Shown in pieces: positions 37,801 through 44,855 of a stretch of 64,000 nucleotides of DNA (the stretch's first letter is position 1; every line of letters begins with the position of its first letter). This stretch comes from Flavobacteriales bacterium (GTDB lineage: Bacteria > Bacteroidota > Bacteroidia > Flavobacteriales_F > PHOS-HE28). The stretch spans positions 541,750 to 605,749 of the forward strand of contig JACJZJ010000002.1 of assembly GCA_020635675.1 (NCBI GenBank), written 5' to 3'. The notes under the pieces were generated by a model, which saw only the letters and a list, made by a program, of their open reading frames with translations, ran no database searches and was not told the DNA's origin. The position numbers were made by a program, and so were the translations under genes.

Positions 37801-38041
37801 GAACGGTGACGGCGTGAACGATGTGTTCTATGTGCGTGGCGGACCGTTCGAGACCATCGATCTCAAGATCTACAACGGATGGGGTGAACTGGTCTTCCGC
37901 ACCGAGGATCCGGAGTTCGGATGGGATGGTACGCACGATGGTGCGCCGGAGTTGAACGGGGTCTACGTCTACACGGTCGTAGCCACCACCACCGAAGGGC
38001 TCGAGTTCTCCCGCACCGGCAAGGTCACCCTGATCCGATGA
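25835..38041 (+). CDS. Giant secreted repeat protein (~4068 aa) with T9SS type-B (gliding motility-associated, CHU_C-like) C-terminal domain; putative cell-surface adhesin
   Basis: The ATG at 25835 gives MRKALLPTLSLVLPLLLQAQ as signal peptide; the track start at 25826 is TTG. A ~445-aa N-terminal domain begins GTDFWVAPP. About 38 88-aa repeats follow, then two PKD domains (WTWDFGNGGTG.., WYYDFGDGTG..). C-terminal PNAFSPNGDGVNDVFYV..IYNGWGELVF..WDGT..NGVYVYTV..GKVTLIR is the TIGR04131-type sorting domain. Confidence 0.9.
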   Translation: MRKALLPTLSLVLPLLLQAQTGTDFWVAPPDVTLRHNMPGDEPIYLNVTTGTAPATITVSQPANPAFNGGSPIVLNLPASSATRYDMTALKSQLETRPTNTICNTGLHIQSTADITCYYESSNTNNPDILALKGVNGLGTEFYIPLHKHAPFHNHDFNPYVNDLAFASFDIVATQNNSTVMIYSPVAVDGHSALTPFVITLNAGQTYSCANTDPVTHTDPLTHPSGAVVLSDKPVAVSIKDDSNHNPSGGCYDLMLDQIVPVDILGTDYVAVKGALNNNGDESVFVMAVENNTKVYINGSTTAVATLFAGQYYRHDMDYLNGSPDNATLITGSKPLYAVHVTGFGCEQGMALLPPLNCAGSSQLSFTRSTSEAFYLNLLVRNGSQNDFVVTGPGTATIPGSAFQVVPGTGGEWLAARIQYNTTEVPVNQAFIVSNTSDVFSLGIINGGATSGCRYGFFSEFAGKIVVDAGPDQNVCATDVVDLSGSVSGGSTTGVWTATGSGTFQPNDTDLEATYVPSVGDIALGSVTITLTSTGNCTPESDEMTVNFQALPIVDAGSALQVCSNNPSAGLSGSVLNAVGGVWTGGSGTFLPANSNLGATYTPTATEIAGGSMMLHLTSTGNGVCPAVEDSVQLSFGPSPTANAGPDQTRCANNAVATLNGSFTVATGGVWSGGSGTFDPSTTNMAATYTPTAAEIAGGSVTLTLTTTGNGTCNAVSDQVQMTYTAAPLANAGADVSVCANNPTVVLSGSITGATGGVWSGGTGTYSPNNTALNANYTPTAAEIAAGTMTLTLTTTGNGNCNPVSDDKVITFTASPTVDAGANGTVCANAPTIGLSGTISGASGGIWSGGGGTYTPNNTTLNASYTPTAAEIANGSVTLTLTTAGNGNCNAVSDQVTWTITPAPTANAGSDQTLCANNAVATLNGSFTVATGGVWSGGSGTFDPSTTNMAATYTPTAAEIAGGSVTLTLTTTGNGGCVAVSDQVTLTYTASPTVNAGSDVSICANNANITLGGTVSGATGGIWSGGSGSFVPNNTTLNASYTPTAAEIAAGTMTLTLTTTGNGNCNAVSDAMVVTFTPSPTVDAGANGTVCANNANITLSGSISGASGGIWSGGGGTYTPNNTTLNASYTPTAAEIANGSVTLTLTTAGNGNCNAVSDQVTWTITPAPTANAGPDRVLCANNAVAALSGAYTVATGGVWSGGAGTFDPSTTNMSALYTPTAAELAGGTVTLTLTTTGNGLCNAATDQLTITYTDAPSANAGPDVTVCANNAAVTLNGSVVVATGGTWSGGTGTFTPNANTLNATYAPGAADLAAGQVLLTLTTTGNGTCTPATDTRTITYTPAPIVDAGANGTVCANLPMIALNGSVGGAVGGVWSGGAGTFTPNNITLNASYTPTAAEIANGSVTLILTSAGNGNCDPVSDQVTWTITPAPTVNAGVDQVLCGNNANAVLNATVTVATGVQWSGGTGAYAPASTAQNITYSPSPVEIANGSVVLTTTTTGNGICGAVSDQVELSFTPAPIVNAGPDQSVSSNNADTQLAGSFTVASGCVWSGGAGSYSPNNTTASAIYTPTAAEVAAGSVTLTLTTTGNGACSAVSDQMTITFTAAPTANAGPDQTVCANNPTATLSGSVTIASGGIWSGGAGIFTPNNAALNATYMPSAAEIAAGSVTLVLTTVGNGNSNPVSDQMVITISPAPVVNAGVDFTICANQPVAQLAGVVNNAAGGVWSGGSGAFDPSATNLNATYTPTLGEIAGGAIMLTLTSTGNGLCNAVSDQVTISISPAPVVNAGPDQTVCTNNADVQLAGMVSNAGGAIWSGGTGAFSPSINALGAIYTPSATELANGSLTLTLTSTGNGSCAAVSDQLQIFFSQSPVVNAGSDVTVCANDPTVVLNGSVTIAAGGAWSGGSGTFTPNNTDLHATYLPSPAEVALGTVTLTLTSTQNGLCNPVSDAMTISIIASPIANAGNDIAVCANNAQVQLGGSVSGAGGGQWSGGAGTFTPSIASLNASYTPTPAEIAAGTLTLTLTTIGNGNCVPVSDDVLITFTSPPTADAGTNGVYCANNANIALNGAVTVATGGAWSGAQGTFTPNANALNAVYAPSLGELAAGSVTLVLTTTGNNGCTAVTDAVTYVFTPAPTANAGADANSCANNADIALNGAVTVATGGLWSGGAGSFSPGPGDLNATYVPTAAEIANGSVTLLLTTVGNGQCNAVNDAMTLTIGPAPIVDAGQPLSSCANNPSAQLAGTVQSATGGQWSGAGTFTPSTTNLNATYTPTAAEVAAGTAVLTLTSTGNGLCNAENDQVILSITDAPVVEAGPDQVLCANNAMVQLAGQVTNANGGQWTGGAGAYTPSASALNAVYTPSAAEIAAGGLWLRLTSTGNGGCLPSQDSVHVAFTTAPTANAGPDAHVCANDAQVLLAGAITVAGGGIWSGGMGLFTPTNATLNATYGPTPTEIATGTVTLVLTTTGNGNCSAVRDSMNIVIDPVPVVNAGPDQQICANNPTVQLNGFVGNASGGQWSGGSGTFTPGNTALATTYEPTAAEIASGSLTLTLTSTGTTICDPIADQVTITFSGSPVVDAGMDQSICANNSAVQLGGNVTNANGGTWTGGNGTFAPSPNVLSPVYTPTPAEITGGSVNLTLTSTGNGNCLAENDVVSIAFTPAPMVDAGVDMNVCENAPTVTLNGAVTVASGGQWTGGLGTFSPSAQDLGAQYTLTPFELGSGAVTLTLTTTGNGNCLAVADQLTIVVTPAPTVDAGADLTTCSSDLQIPLSGDVQGGSTTGIWTTTGSGTFFPSANMLNATYLASSLDSLNGTVDLTLTSTNNGLCSAESDGMTLTILPNAVANAGADQVICATAATVQLNGTISGNATQGAWTTTGTGTFTPDASTPNAVYQLAPGDAALGSITFTWSVNSCDNAMDQMTVTIVPASSVDAGTDAVTCFDDLDVVINGSINGASNTGVWSTLGSGSFVNPVNALSNVYQASQADSLALGVDLVLTATNTGACSADADTVHIAILPQGNVDAGPDLTYCANNANVQLSGILTGDATQVIWTTSGTGAFYPNAHVLTPTYVPSAVDTAIGSLTLTLSAPNTCNNAMDGMQLDLTPAPYVNAGPDQTYCNQVAQFTLSGSISGITAVGEWTTTGTGTIANPGALNTGYTASAADVAAGHIDFVLTSLNNGNCNPVTDAMTIWLTNGITVNAGPDQSVCVLSDHANLQGSVQNGSPTGTWTTSGSGTFSPDPDVLNAEYYFSPSDVANGSVVLTFTATNTGTCPTTSDQMLLTFGNASFAYAGADLTVCANAPLAHLSGNFSGGAQGCQWSTSGTGSFSNNTDPHATYTLSASDIAQGGVQLTLTTVTNGSCQPSSDVMDLVVQPLPNIFAGADVIVCTAGPLQLTANAVNASSGTWTTSGTGTFLDPNALTTLYFPSAADSVAGSVMLTVTTAGTLPCNSVSDDLLVTFGGGLAADAGSDVVTCSTAPDIDLNGTVAGTTTGTWTTSGTGSFVPSANDLNATYVPGPADFVIGNIHLMLSTTNNQGCPAARDTLSVEYHLPPNLDAGVGVLLCNGLQDVQLNATVQNEGALQWFTAGTGDFSADSIADPIYSPSLNDSISGGVYLILTAYGTGGCGNASDSLLVDIGPTRIANAGADMALCADGGPIQLNGAITGVSGGTWSTTGTGTFLPSPTTLNAVYVPSNTDLVFPQLQFVLATTGNMGCPAGTDTVTATLQQPPTADAGPDVSTCDATAAVQLAGSYNGTGGVQWSTSGNGTFQPNATDPGATYQPGIADEQMQQVHLYLTTTGNQACTAAMDSLLLSFVNPVQPAFAVDNACADSPTLFTDASTTTGSPIIGWTWDFGNGGTGSGPQATNTFPTTGQYAVTLTAFAQNGCSASTTQVIDVLNAPMAGFGISGDLFAELPIVFADSSYGATNWYYDFGDGTGSLEPDPTHIYADGGQFIIIQTVTNAAGCSDSDSLLISIGVKDILPPKLPNAFSPNGDGVNDVFYVRGGPFETIDLKIYNGWGELVFRTEDPEFGWDGTHDGAPELNGVYVYTVVATTTEGLEFSRTGKVTLIR
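27230..37290 (+). repeat. Tandem array of ~38 coding repeats of 264 bp (88 aa) inside the giant CDS
   Basis: The recurrent unit is (V/A)(D/N)AG.D..(V/I)C(A)NN...L.G.....GG.WSGG.GTF.P....LNA.Y.PT..EIA.GSVTLTLT..GNG.C..VSD......T..P. The homogenised central block runs ~27480-34080. The first repeat and the last ~13 (34090-37290) carry a variant W(T/S)T.G.G.F core. Confidence 0.9.
27750..30125 (+). repeat. Higher-order tandem repeat: three copies of a 792-bp (3 x 264 bp) unit
   Basis: An offset of exactly 792 bp aligns 27750-28541, 28542-29333 and 29334-30125. 28370..28542 matches 29162..29334 perfectly over 173 bp, checked base by base. The third copy is visibly more diverged. Confidence 0.85.
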
Positions 38042-39042
38042 AACCCAGAAACACCATGCGCGCGAAACATCTCTCCCTTGTCCTGCTGGTGGCCGCACCG
38101 GTCGGTACACTGACGGCGCAGGATAACCACCTGTCGCAATACGATGCGGCACCCATGCAGCTGAATCCCGCATTGACGGGGGTGTTCGACGAGGCCGAGT
38201 TCCGGGTGGCCACGAACATCCGCAGCCAATGGAGCAGCATCGGGAGCAACTTCCTGACCACCGGGTTCAGCTATGATCTGGCTGCACCCAACCGTTTTGG
38301 GGTCGGGGCCTACCTGAACAACTACGATATGGCCGGAGTGATGAACACGTTCCAGTTCGGCTTATCGGGCTCGTACAATGTCTCGAGCGAGAACGCGCCC
38401 CATTCGCTCTCCGTGGGGCTGAACGCAGGTCTCATCTACAAGAAGGTCAAGGACGAGGACCTGTTGTTCGATCAGCAGTACAACGATGGCTATTTCGATC
38501 CGGACCTGCCTTCAGGTGAGACCTTCCCCAGGATGTCGCGGCTGATGCCGGAGCTGGCGGTCGGCTTCGCGTATCGCTCGAAGAACCAACGCCACAGGGT
38601 GAATCCCTTCGCCAACTTTGCGGCGTACCACGTCACGATGCCGGACGAGTCCTTGTTCCGGACGGAGAGAAGTCCACTTGCCATCCGCTGGTCATTGATG
38701 GGGGGTACCATCATCGATATCGGCGAGGTCCTTCGCATCACGCCGATGGGCCAGTTGATGGTGCAGCGCAATGATAGGGAGATCAACATGGGCGTGCTCA
38801 GCGAATTGTCGATCGGGGGCTCGGTATACCGGGCTGTTTTCGGTGTTTCTTACAGGTGGCAGGACGCGGCCATCGTCCACGCGGGACTCCGGCATAAGAA
38901 CAACATGTACCGTTTCAGCTATGACATGCCCGTGTCGGGCCTGAACAACTACACCCGACTGAACGGCGCTTTTGAATTCTCCGTCGTGTATTACGGCATC
39001 CACTCGGGCCGGGAGCGCCGCGTGCTGAGCAAGTCGTTCTGA
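38038..39042 (+). CDS. PorP/SprF-family T9SS membrane protein, cognate partner of the upstream type-B cargo
   Basis: The ATG at 38038 overlaps the giant gene stop (ATGA). Signal peptide MKPRNTMRAKHLSLVLLVAAPVGTLTAQ. DNHLSQYDAAPMQLNPALTG..NIRSQWSSIG matches the PorP/SprF N-terminal pattern. Confidence 0.85.
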   Translation: MKPRNTMRAKHLSLVLLVAAPVGTLTAQDNHLSQYDAAPMQLNPALTGVFDEAEFRVATNIRSQWSSIGSNFLTTGFSYDLAAPNRFGVGAYLNNYDMAGVMNTFQFGLSGSYNVSSENAPHSLSVGLNAGLIYKKVKDEDLLFDQQYNDGYFDPDLPSGETFPRMSRLMPELAVGFAYRSKNQRHRVNPFANFAAYHVTMPDESLFRTERSPLAIRWSLMGGTIIDIGEVLRITPMGQLMVQRNDREINMGVLSELSIGGSVYRAVFGVSYRWQDAAIVHAGLRHKNNMYRFSYDMPVSGLNNYTRLNGAFEFSVVYYGIHSGRERRVLSKSF

Positions 39043-39046
39043 GCGA

Positions 39047-39949
39047 TCAGCCTTTCAGGGCCTCGGCACCGCCGACGATCTCCAGGATCTCGCCGGTGAT
39101 GGCCGCCTGACGCGCCTTGTTGTAGCTAAGGCGCAGGTCCTTCAAAAGACCGTCGGCATTGTCGGTGGCCTTGTGCATGGCTGTCATGCGGGCGCCATGC
39201 TCGGCGGCGAAACTGTCCAGCAGAGCCTTGTAGAGCTGGATCTTCAGGCTCTTCGGGATGATCTGCTCCACGATGGTGGCCCGGTCGGGCTCCATGATGT
39301 GTTCTGTCTTCGTCCTTCGTGCTTCCGCGGACATGGTCGCCTGTTCCTTCGCATCGGTCGAGGCGTTGATGGGCGCGATGGGTAGGAACTGCTCCTCCGT
39401 GACGATCTGCGTGGCTGCGTTCTTGAACTTGTTGTAGACCAGCACGATACGATCGTAGCTGCCGTCGGCGAACCGGGCCATCAGCAATTCGGCCACGGGT
39501 GCCACACGGTCGAAGTTCAGGTCGTCATACAAATTCGCAAGGTCGGTGGGCAGTTCATTGGTGTGCCAGTTGGTCCGTTTGAACTGGTCCATCGCCTTTT
39601 TGCCAATGGACAGCACATGGACCTGGCCTCCGGCCTGCGCGGCGCGGCGCTTCACCAGTCGGACCACCTGGGCGTTGAAGGCCCCGGCCAGCCCACGGTT
39701 GCTCGTGATGGCCACGATCAGGGTACGCTTAACGTCGCGCTGCTGGCCGTACCTCCCTTCCGTCGGGTCCAGCCCGGCGCTGACGTTGGCCATGATCTGC
39801 CCAAGCTTCTCCGCATAGGGACGCATGCGCACGATAGCGTCCTGGGCACGACGCAACTTCGCGGCGCTCACCATCTTCATGGCGGCCGTGATCTGCTTCG
39901 TGCTGTTGACCGACGCGATCCGGCTGCGGACCTCCTTCAGGCTGGGCAT
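39047..39949 (-). CDS. atpG: F1 ATP synthase gamma subunit
   Basis: MPSLKEVRSRIASVNSTKQITAAMKMVSAAKLRRAQ and C-terminal ITGEILEIVGGAEAL. Confidence 0.95.
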   Translation of the reverse strand: MPSLKEVRSRIASVNSTKQITAAMKMVSAAKLRRAQDAIVRMRPYAEKLGQIMANVSAGLDPTEGRYGQQRDVKRTLIVAITSNRGLAGAFNAQVVRLVKRRAAQAGGQVHVLSIGKKAMDQFKRTNWHTNELPTDLANLYDDLNFDRVAPVAELLMARFADGSYDRIVLVYNKFKNAATQIVTEEQFLPIAPINASTDAKEQATMSAEARRTKTEHIMEPDRATIVEQIIPKSLKIQLYKALLDSFAAEHGARMTAMHKATDNADGLLKDLRLSYNKARQAAITGEILEIVGGAEALKG

Positions 39950-40031
39950 TTTCGGTTGGTTGGCAAGTTCGTCGGCGACATGCGGCGAGGTCCAGCTGGG
40001 CGATCTACCGCTCGCCTCCCGTTCGCTTTTC

Positions 40032-41612
40032 CTAGTTGTCCAAGCTCTTTACCAGGTCCGCCGCCACCTTTTCCAGGGTGCCGGTGATCTGGTCGTTCAA
40101 TTCGCCGCGTTTCAGCGCGTCGAGCACATCCTTGTGTTTGTTGCGCAACATGGTCAGGAACTCGGCCTCGAACTGCTTCACGTTCTTCAAGGGTACCTTG
40201 CTCAGCAGACCCTTGGTGCCGCAATAGATGATGGCGATCTGGTCCTCCACGCGCATCGGGCTGTTCTGGCCCTGCTTCAGTATCTCCACGTTGCGGGCCC
40301 CTTTGTCCAACACGGCCTTGGTGGCGGCATCGAGGTCGGAGCCGAATTTGGCGAAGGCCTCCAGCTCACGGTACTGCGCCTGGTCCAGCTTCAGTGTTCC
40401 GGCCACCTTCTTCATGGACTTGATCTGTGCGTTGCCGCCCACGCGGCTCACGCTGATGCCCACATTGATAGCGGGACGCACGCCACTGAGGAACAGGTTG
40501 CTCTCCAGGAAGATCTGTCCGTCCGTGATGGAGATGACGTTGGTCGGGATGTAGGCGGACACGTCGCCGGCCTGCGTCTCGATGATCGGCAGCGCGGTGA
40601 GCGAGCCTCCACCCTTCACATTGCCCTTCAGGGAAGCGGGCAGGTCGTTCATCTGCTCGGCTACGCTCTGGTCGGCGGTGATCTTCGCGGCGCGTTCCAG
40701 CAACCGGCTGTGCAAGTAGAAGACGTCGCCCGGATAGGCTTCGCGTCCCGGTGGCCGGCGCAGCAGCAGGGACACCTCGCGGTAGGCCACTGCTTGTTTC
40801 GAGAGGTCGTCGTACACGATCAACGCGGGTCGACCGGTATCGCGGAAGTATTCGCCGATGGCGGCCCCGGTGAACGGTGCGTAGAACTGCATCGGGGCGG
40901 GATCGCTGGCGTTGGCCGCCACCACGATGGTGTACGGCATGGCGCCGTTCTCCTCCAGGGTCTTCACTGTGGCGGCCACCGTGGAGCCCTTCTGGCCGAT
41001 CGCCACATAGATGCAATAGACCGGCTGGCCGGCCTCGTAGAATTCCTTCTGGTTGATGATCGTATCGATCGCGACCGTGCTCTTGCCGGTCTGACGGTCA
41101 CCGATGATCAGTTCGCGTTGGCCGCGACCGATGGGGATCATGGCGTCCACGGCCTTGATGCCGGTCTGCAGGGGCTCCTTCACGGGCTCGCGGAAGATGA
41201 CACCCGGCGCCTTGCGCTCCAGGGGCATCTCGAAAAGCGCGCCGCCGATCGGCCCTTTGCCATCGATCGGTTCACCGAGCGTGTTCACCACGCGTCCCAC
41301 CATCTCCTCACCCACCTGGATGCTGGCGATCAATTTGGTGCGCTTCACGGTGTCGCCCTCCTTGATGCCCACGCTGGGACCGAGCAGCACGGCACCCACG
41401 TTGTCCTCCTCCAGGTTCAGCACGATGCCGCGCAATCCGCTGGTGAACTCGATGAGCTCACCGCTCTGCACACCTTTCAGACCGTAGATACGGGCAATGC
41501 CGTCACCGACTTGCAGGACGGTGCCGACCTCCTCGAGCTCGGCCGCGGTCCGGAAGCCGGCGAGTTCTTGTTTCAGGATCGCCGATACTTCGGCGGGTTT
41601 CACTTCGGCCAT
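40032..41612 (-). CDS. atpA: F1 ATP synthase alpha subunit
   Basis: 526 aa. Walker A GDRQTGKS. Alpha-subunit sequence conserved throughout. Confidence 0.97.
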   Translation of the reverse strand: MAEVKPAEVSAILKQELAGFRTAAELEEVGTVLQVGDGIARIYGLKGVQSGELIEFTSGLRGIVLNLEEDNVGAVLLGPSVGIKEGDTVKRTKLIASIQVGEEMVGRVVNTLGEPIDGKGPIGGALFEMPLERKAPGVIFREPVKEPLQTGIKAVDAMIPIGRGQRELIIGDRQTGKSTVAIDTIINQKEFYEAGQPVYCIYVAIGQKGSTVAATVKTLEENGAMPYTIVVAANASDPAPMQFYAPFTGAAIGEYFRDTGRPALIVYDDLSKQAVAYREVSLLLRRPPGREAYPGDVFYLHSRLLERAAKITADQSVAEQMNDLPASLKGNVKGGGSLTALPIIETQAGDVSAYIPTNVISITDGQIFLESNLFLSGVRPAINVGISVSRVGGNAQIKSMKKVAGTLKLDQAQYRELEAFAKFGSDLDAATKAVLDKGARNVEILKQGQNSPMRVEDQIAIIYCGTKGLLSKVPLKNVKQFEAEFLTMLRNKHKDVLDALKRGELNDQITGTLEKVAADLVKSLDN

Positions 41613-41652
41613 GACAAGGCGCCGTTGGGCCCGGCGCGGGCGTTGCTGTTCG

Positions 41653-42213
41653 TTAGATCTCTGGGACGTAAGGGTTCTCGGAGAACTTGCGGCGCAGGTC
41701 CGCCAGACGACGGATCACGCTGCCATCATATTGTTCATCACCGATCCGGATCACCAGACCGCCGATAAGGGCGGGGTCCACCCTCTCCGAAATGCGGATG
41801 GACTTGCCCGGGTGTTCGGTCTCTGCGAAAGCCTTGACATGGGCACGGGCGGTCTCGTTCAATGCGGCAGCGCTGGTGATGGAACATTCCAGAATGCCCA
41901 TCCGGTTGCGGTAAAGTTCGCCGAACGCGGCGGCCACTTCAGGCAGCAGGGATTCGCGCCCCTTGCGCACCAGGATGCCCATGAACAAGGAAGTGACGCG
42001 ACCCACCCGACCGGCAAAGACCTCGTTCAGGATCTTCTCCTTCTTGTCCGCCTTCACCACCGGGCTCTTCAACAACAGTTGCAGTTCGCGGCTCTCGGCG
42101 CAGGTCCTGGCCACCAGGGCCATATCCTCCTGGACCGCTTCCAACTGGTCCTTCTCCACCGAGAGGTCGAGCAGCGACCGGGCGTATCGGTATGCGACCG
42201 GGCTGATGATCAT
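41653..42213 (-). CDS. atpH: F1 ATP synthase delta (OSCP) subunit
   Basis: 186 aa. [11 protein letters not shown]-type N-terminus ([12 protein letters not shown]) and C-terminal [16 protein letters not shown]. Its ATG overlaps the atpF stop (ATGA). Confidence 0.9.
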   Translation of the reverse strand: MIISPVAYRYARSLLDLSVEKDQLEAVQEDMALVARTCAESRELQLLLKSPVVKADKKEKILNEVFAGRVGRVTSLFMGILVRKGRESLLPEVAAAFGELYRNRMGILECSITSAAALNETARAHVKAFAETEHPGKSIRISERVDPALIGGLVIRIGDEQYDGSVIRRLADLRRKFSENPYVPEI

Positions 42214-42719
42214 GAGCGCGTCAGGTCGGCCTCCTTCATCACCTTCTCCACCAACGCGTGCTGGGCGGAAGTGTCACCGAGCTTGTCTTTCAGCAGTCGC
42301 TCGGCCACCAACAGGCTCAACTCCGCCACCTGGTTCTTCATTTCGGTGATGGCAGCGTTCTTTTCATTGGCGATCTCCGCCCGTGCCCGGGCGATCATGG
42401 CATCGGCTTCCGCCTTGGCTTTGTCCTTGGCGGCGGTGATCTCACGGTCGCGGATGTCGCGTGCCTCCTTCAACAAGAGTTCGCGTTCCTCGCGGGCCTC
42501 GCGCATCAACTCCTCGTTGCTCGCCTTCACGCCGGCCACCTCCTCGCGGGCGCGCTTCGCCTCGTTCAGGGCATCCTCAATGGAACGCTCACGGTCCTTT
42601 AGCCCTTTCAGGATGGGCTTCCAGGCGAACTTGGCCAGTATGAACAGCAGCGTCAGAAAGGTCAGCGTCATCCAGAAGATGAGGCCGAACGACGGTTGCA
42701 CGAGGCTAGCCAGGATCAT
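42210..42719 (-). CDS. atpF: F0 ATP synthase subunit b
   Basis: One N-terminal TM segment followed by a long charged helix (KDRERSIEDALNEAKRAREE..). Its operon position also fits. Confidence 0.9.
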   Translation of the reverse strand: MILASLVQPSFGLIFWMTLTFLTLLFILAKFAWKPILKGLKDRERSIEDALNEAKRAREEVAGVKASNEELMREAREERELLLKEARDIRDREITAAKDKAKAEADAMIARARAEIANEKNAAITEMKNQVAELSLLVAERLLKDKLGDTSAQHALVEKVMKEADLTRS

Positions 42720-42771
42720 GGGGCGGACGGGGTTCGGGGGTGATCGATGGGATGGACGGATGATACCGGCC

Positions 42772-43035
<264 letters not shown>

Positions 43036-43047
43036 CTATTGGTTGTT

Positions 43048-44151
43048 TTAGACGATGGATTCCTTGTGCTCGTGGTGTTCCTCCACCGCCGCACCGATGT
43101 AGATGGCCGACAGGAAGGTGAACACGTACGCTTGAATGAAGGCCACCAGCAACTCCAGGAGGCCCATGAACACGGTGAACGCCCAGGATCCGATGGCTAC
43201 GCCGTAGCCGGCACCAGCGCTGGTCTCACCGAAAACGAAGATCAGACTGAAGAAGCTCAGAGCGATGATGTGCCCGGCCGCCATGTTGGCGAACAACCGG
43301 ATCATCAGTACGAAGGGTTTCAGGAACATGCCCAGGATCTCCACGGGCGTAAGGATGACGAGCACCCACACCGGAACGCCGGGCATGGCCAGGATATGGC
43401 GCCAATAGTGTGCGTTGCCGTTCAATGTCACGATCACGAACGTGAAACAGGCCAGAATGAAGGTGATCGCGATATTGCCCGTCAGGTTCGCGCCCCCCGG
43501 GAAAATGGGGACCAGGCCAAGCAGGTTGTTCAGGAAAATAAAGAAGAAGACCGTGAGCAGGAACGGCATGAACCGCTCGTACTTCTTCTTACCGATCGCG
43601 CTCTTGGCCACGTCGTCGCGGACGAACAGGATGATCGGCTCCAGCAGGTTCTGCAATCCCTTGGGTGCCTGACCGGTACGACGTGAGTAGCTCCGTGCGA
43701 TCGAACCGAAGATGAGCAGCAACAGGACCACGCTCACGAAGAGGCTCACCACGTTCTTGGTGATCGAGATGTCCCAGATGCGATCGGTGGCCGCTTCGTC
43801 CTCCAGGCCATTCGCGCCCACGGCGATCACCTCGCCTCCCTCGCTCAAGGCATAGCCGTCATGGCTCGCGTGACCGTGTTCGAAACGAGCACTGCTGAAG
43901 ACCTTAAGGCCGCGCTCGGAATCATACAGGATCACCGGGAGCGGGATCGACGTATGGCCCCACAAATGCCAGCCATGCTCGTCAGCGATGTGCTCCAGGA
44001 TCATTTTGCCGGCATTGAACTTCTCGACCTGTTCATGACCGGCACCGGAACCCTGGTCGCCCGCCGGCCCCTCATGCTGGGCGCAGGCAGCCCCGACGAA
44101 CGACAGGCCGAACATCAAGGAAGCGAGACGTGACAGGGCTTTCAGCGACAT
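43048..44151 (-). CDS. atpB: F0 ATP synthase subunit a
   Basis: The ATG at 44151 (MSLKALSRLASLMFGLSF..) is verified inside the longer track ORF. C-terminal MIRLFANMAAGHI and FLSAIYIG motifs. Confidence 0.9.
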   Translation of the reverse strand: MSLKALSRLASLMFGLSFVGAACAQHEGPAGDQGSGAGHEQVEKFNAGKMILEHIADEHGWHLWGHTSIPLPVILYDSERGLKVFSSARFEHGHASHDGYALSEGGEVIAVGANGLEDEAATDRIWDISITKNVVSLFVSVVLLLLIFGSIARSYSRRTGQAPKGLQNLLEPIILFVRDDVAKSAIGKKKYERFMPFLLTVFFFIFLNNLLGLVPIFPGGANLTGNIAITFILACFTFVIVTLNGNAHYWRHILAMPGVPVWVLVILTPVEILGMFLKPFVLMIRLFANMAAGHIIALSFFSLIFVFGETSAGAGYGVAIGSWAFTVFMGLLELLVAFIQAYVFTFLSAIYIGAAVEEHHEHKESIV

Positions 44152-44239
44152 CTGAGCGTTGGGAAGGGCTCTGTTTGCGGCCGCGAAGGTAGGTACTCCC
44201 CGGCAATTCAGGTACGCTATCGCCCAAGCGACCCCAAGG

Positions 44240-44476
44240 TCAGCGTCGGCCTGTCTCCTTGAAAAGGAAGACCATTGCTCCGGCGATCCCGGAAAAGGCG
44301 AGCACCAGGGTGAAGACGGGGAATTTCCAGCCGATGTGGTGATCGACCCAGCGGCCACCAAGCACACCGGCCAGGATCATCCCCGCCATTTGCAGCCCCA
44401 AGGCGCTGTATCGCAAATAGTCATTGTAGCCCTTGCGGGCCTTGTCGAGGTCCTCCTTGTCGGAGCGCTGTGTCAT
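44240..44476 (-). CDS. AtpZ/AtpI-like small membrane protein
   Basis: 78 aa: MTQRSDKEDLDKARKGYNDYLRYSALGLQMAGMILAGVLGGRWVD.., with two TM segments. It lies immediately upstream of atpB. ATG at 44476 verified. Confidence 0.7.
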   Translation of the reverse strand: MTQRSDKEDLDKARKGYNDYLRYSALGLQMAGMILAGVLGGRWVDHHIGWKFPVFTLVLAFSGIAGAMVFLFKETGRR

Positions 44477-44841
44477 GATCGGGCCTGAAGGCGCATCAAT
44501 CGGATCGTGGAGAAGGCCAGGTAGGCCAGATAGAGCGCAGCGAAAGCCACTGCCAGAGGCACTGCGCTGGGGCCGGGGAGGAGCGCGAGGATCGATGCGA
44601 CCACAACCACGGAAACGAACATCTTGATCACCAGTACGGTCATGAAGCGACGGACCAGGAGCTTCGGGTCCCTTCCCCCGGCGCCTTCCAGCCAGAGGTG
44701 AACGGCAAGGGTAAGAATGGTGAAATACCCGATCAGGGCGGCATACCAACCCGTGAAAGGCACGCCCAGGAAGCGCAGAACAACGGCCAGGCACAAAGCC
44801 ATCAAAAGGCCGAACAGCAATACGGGGGGAACGGCGCGCAC
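44473..44841 (-). CDS. Hypothetical 4-TM membrane protein in the atp leader region
   Basis: 122-aa hydrophobic ORF with a GTG start. Its stop overlaps the AtpZ-like start (ATGA at 44473-44476). Confidence 0.6.
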   Translation of the reverse strand: MRAVPPVLLFGLLMALCLAVVLRFLGVPFTGWYAALIGYFTILTLAVHLWLEGAGGRDPKLLVRRFMTVLVIKMFVSVVVVASILALLPGPSAVPLAVAFAALYLAYLAFSTIRLMRLQARS

Positions 44842-44855
44842 GGCCGTGTATCAGA

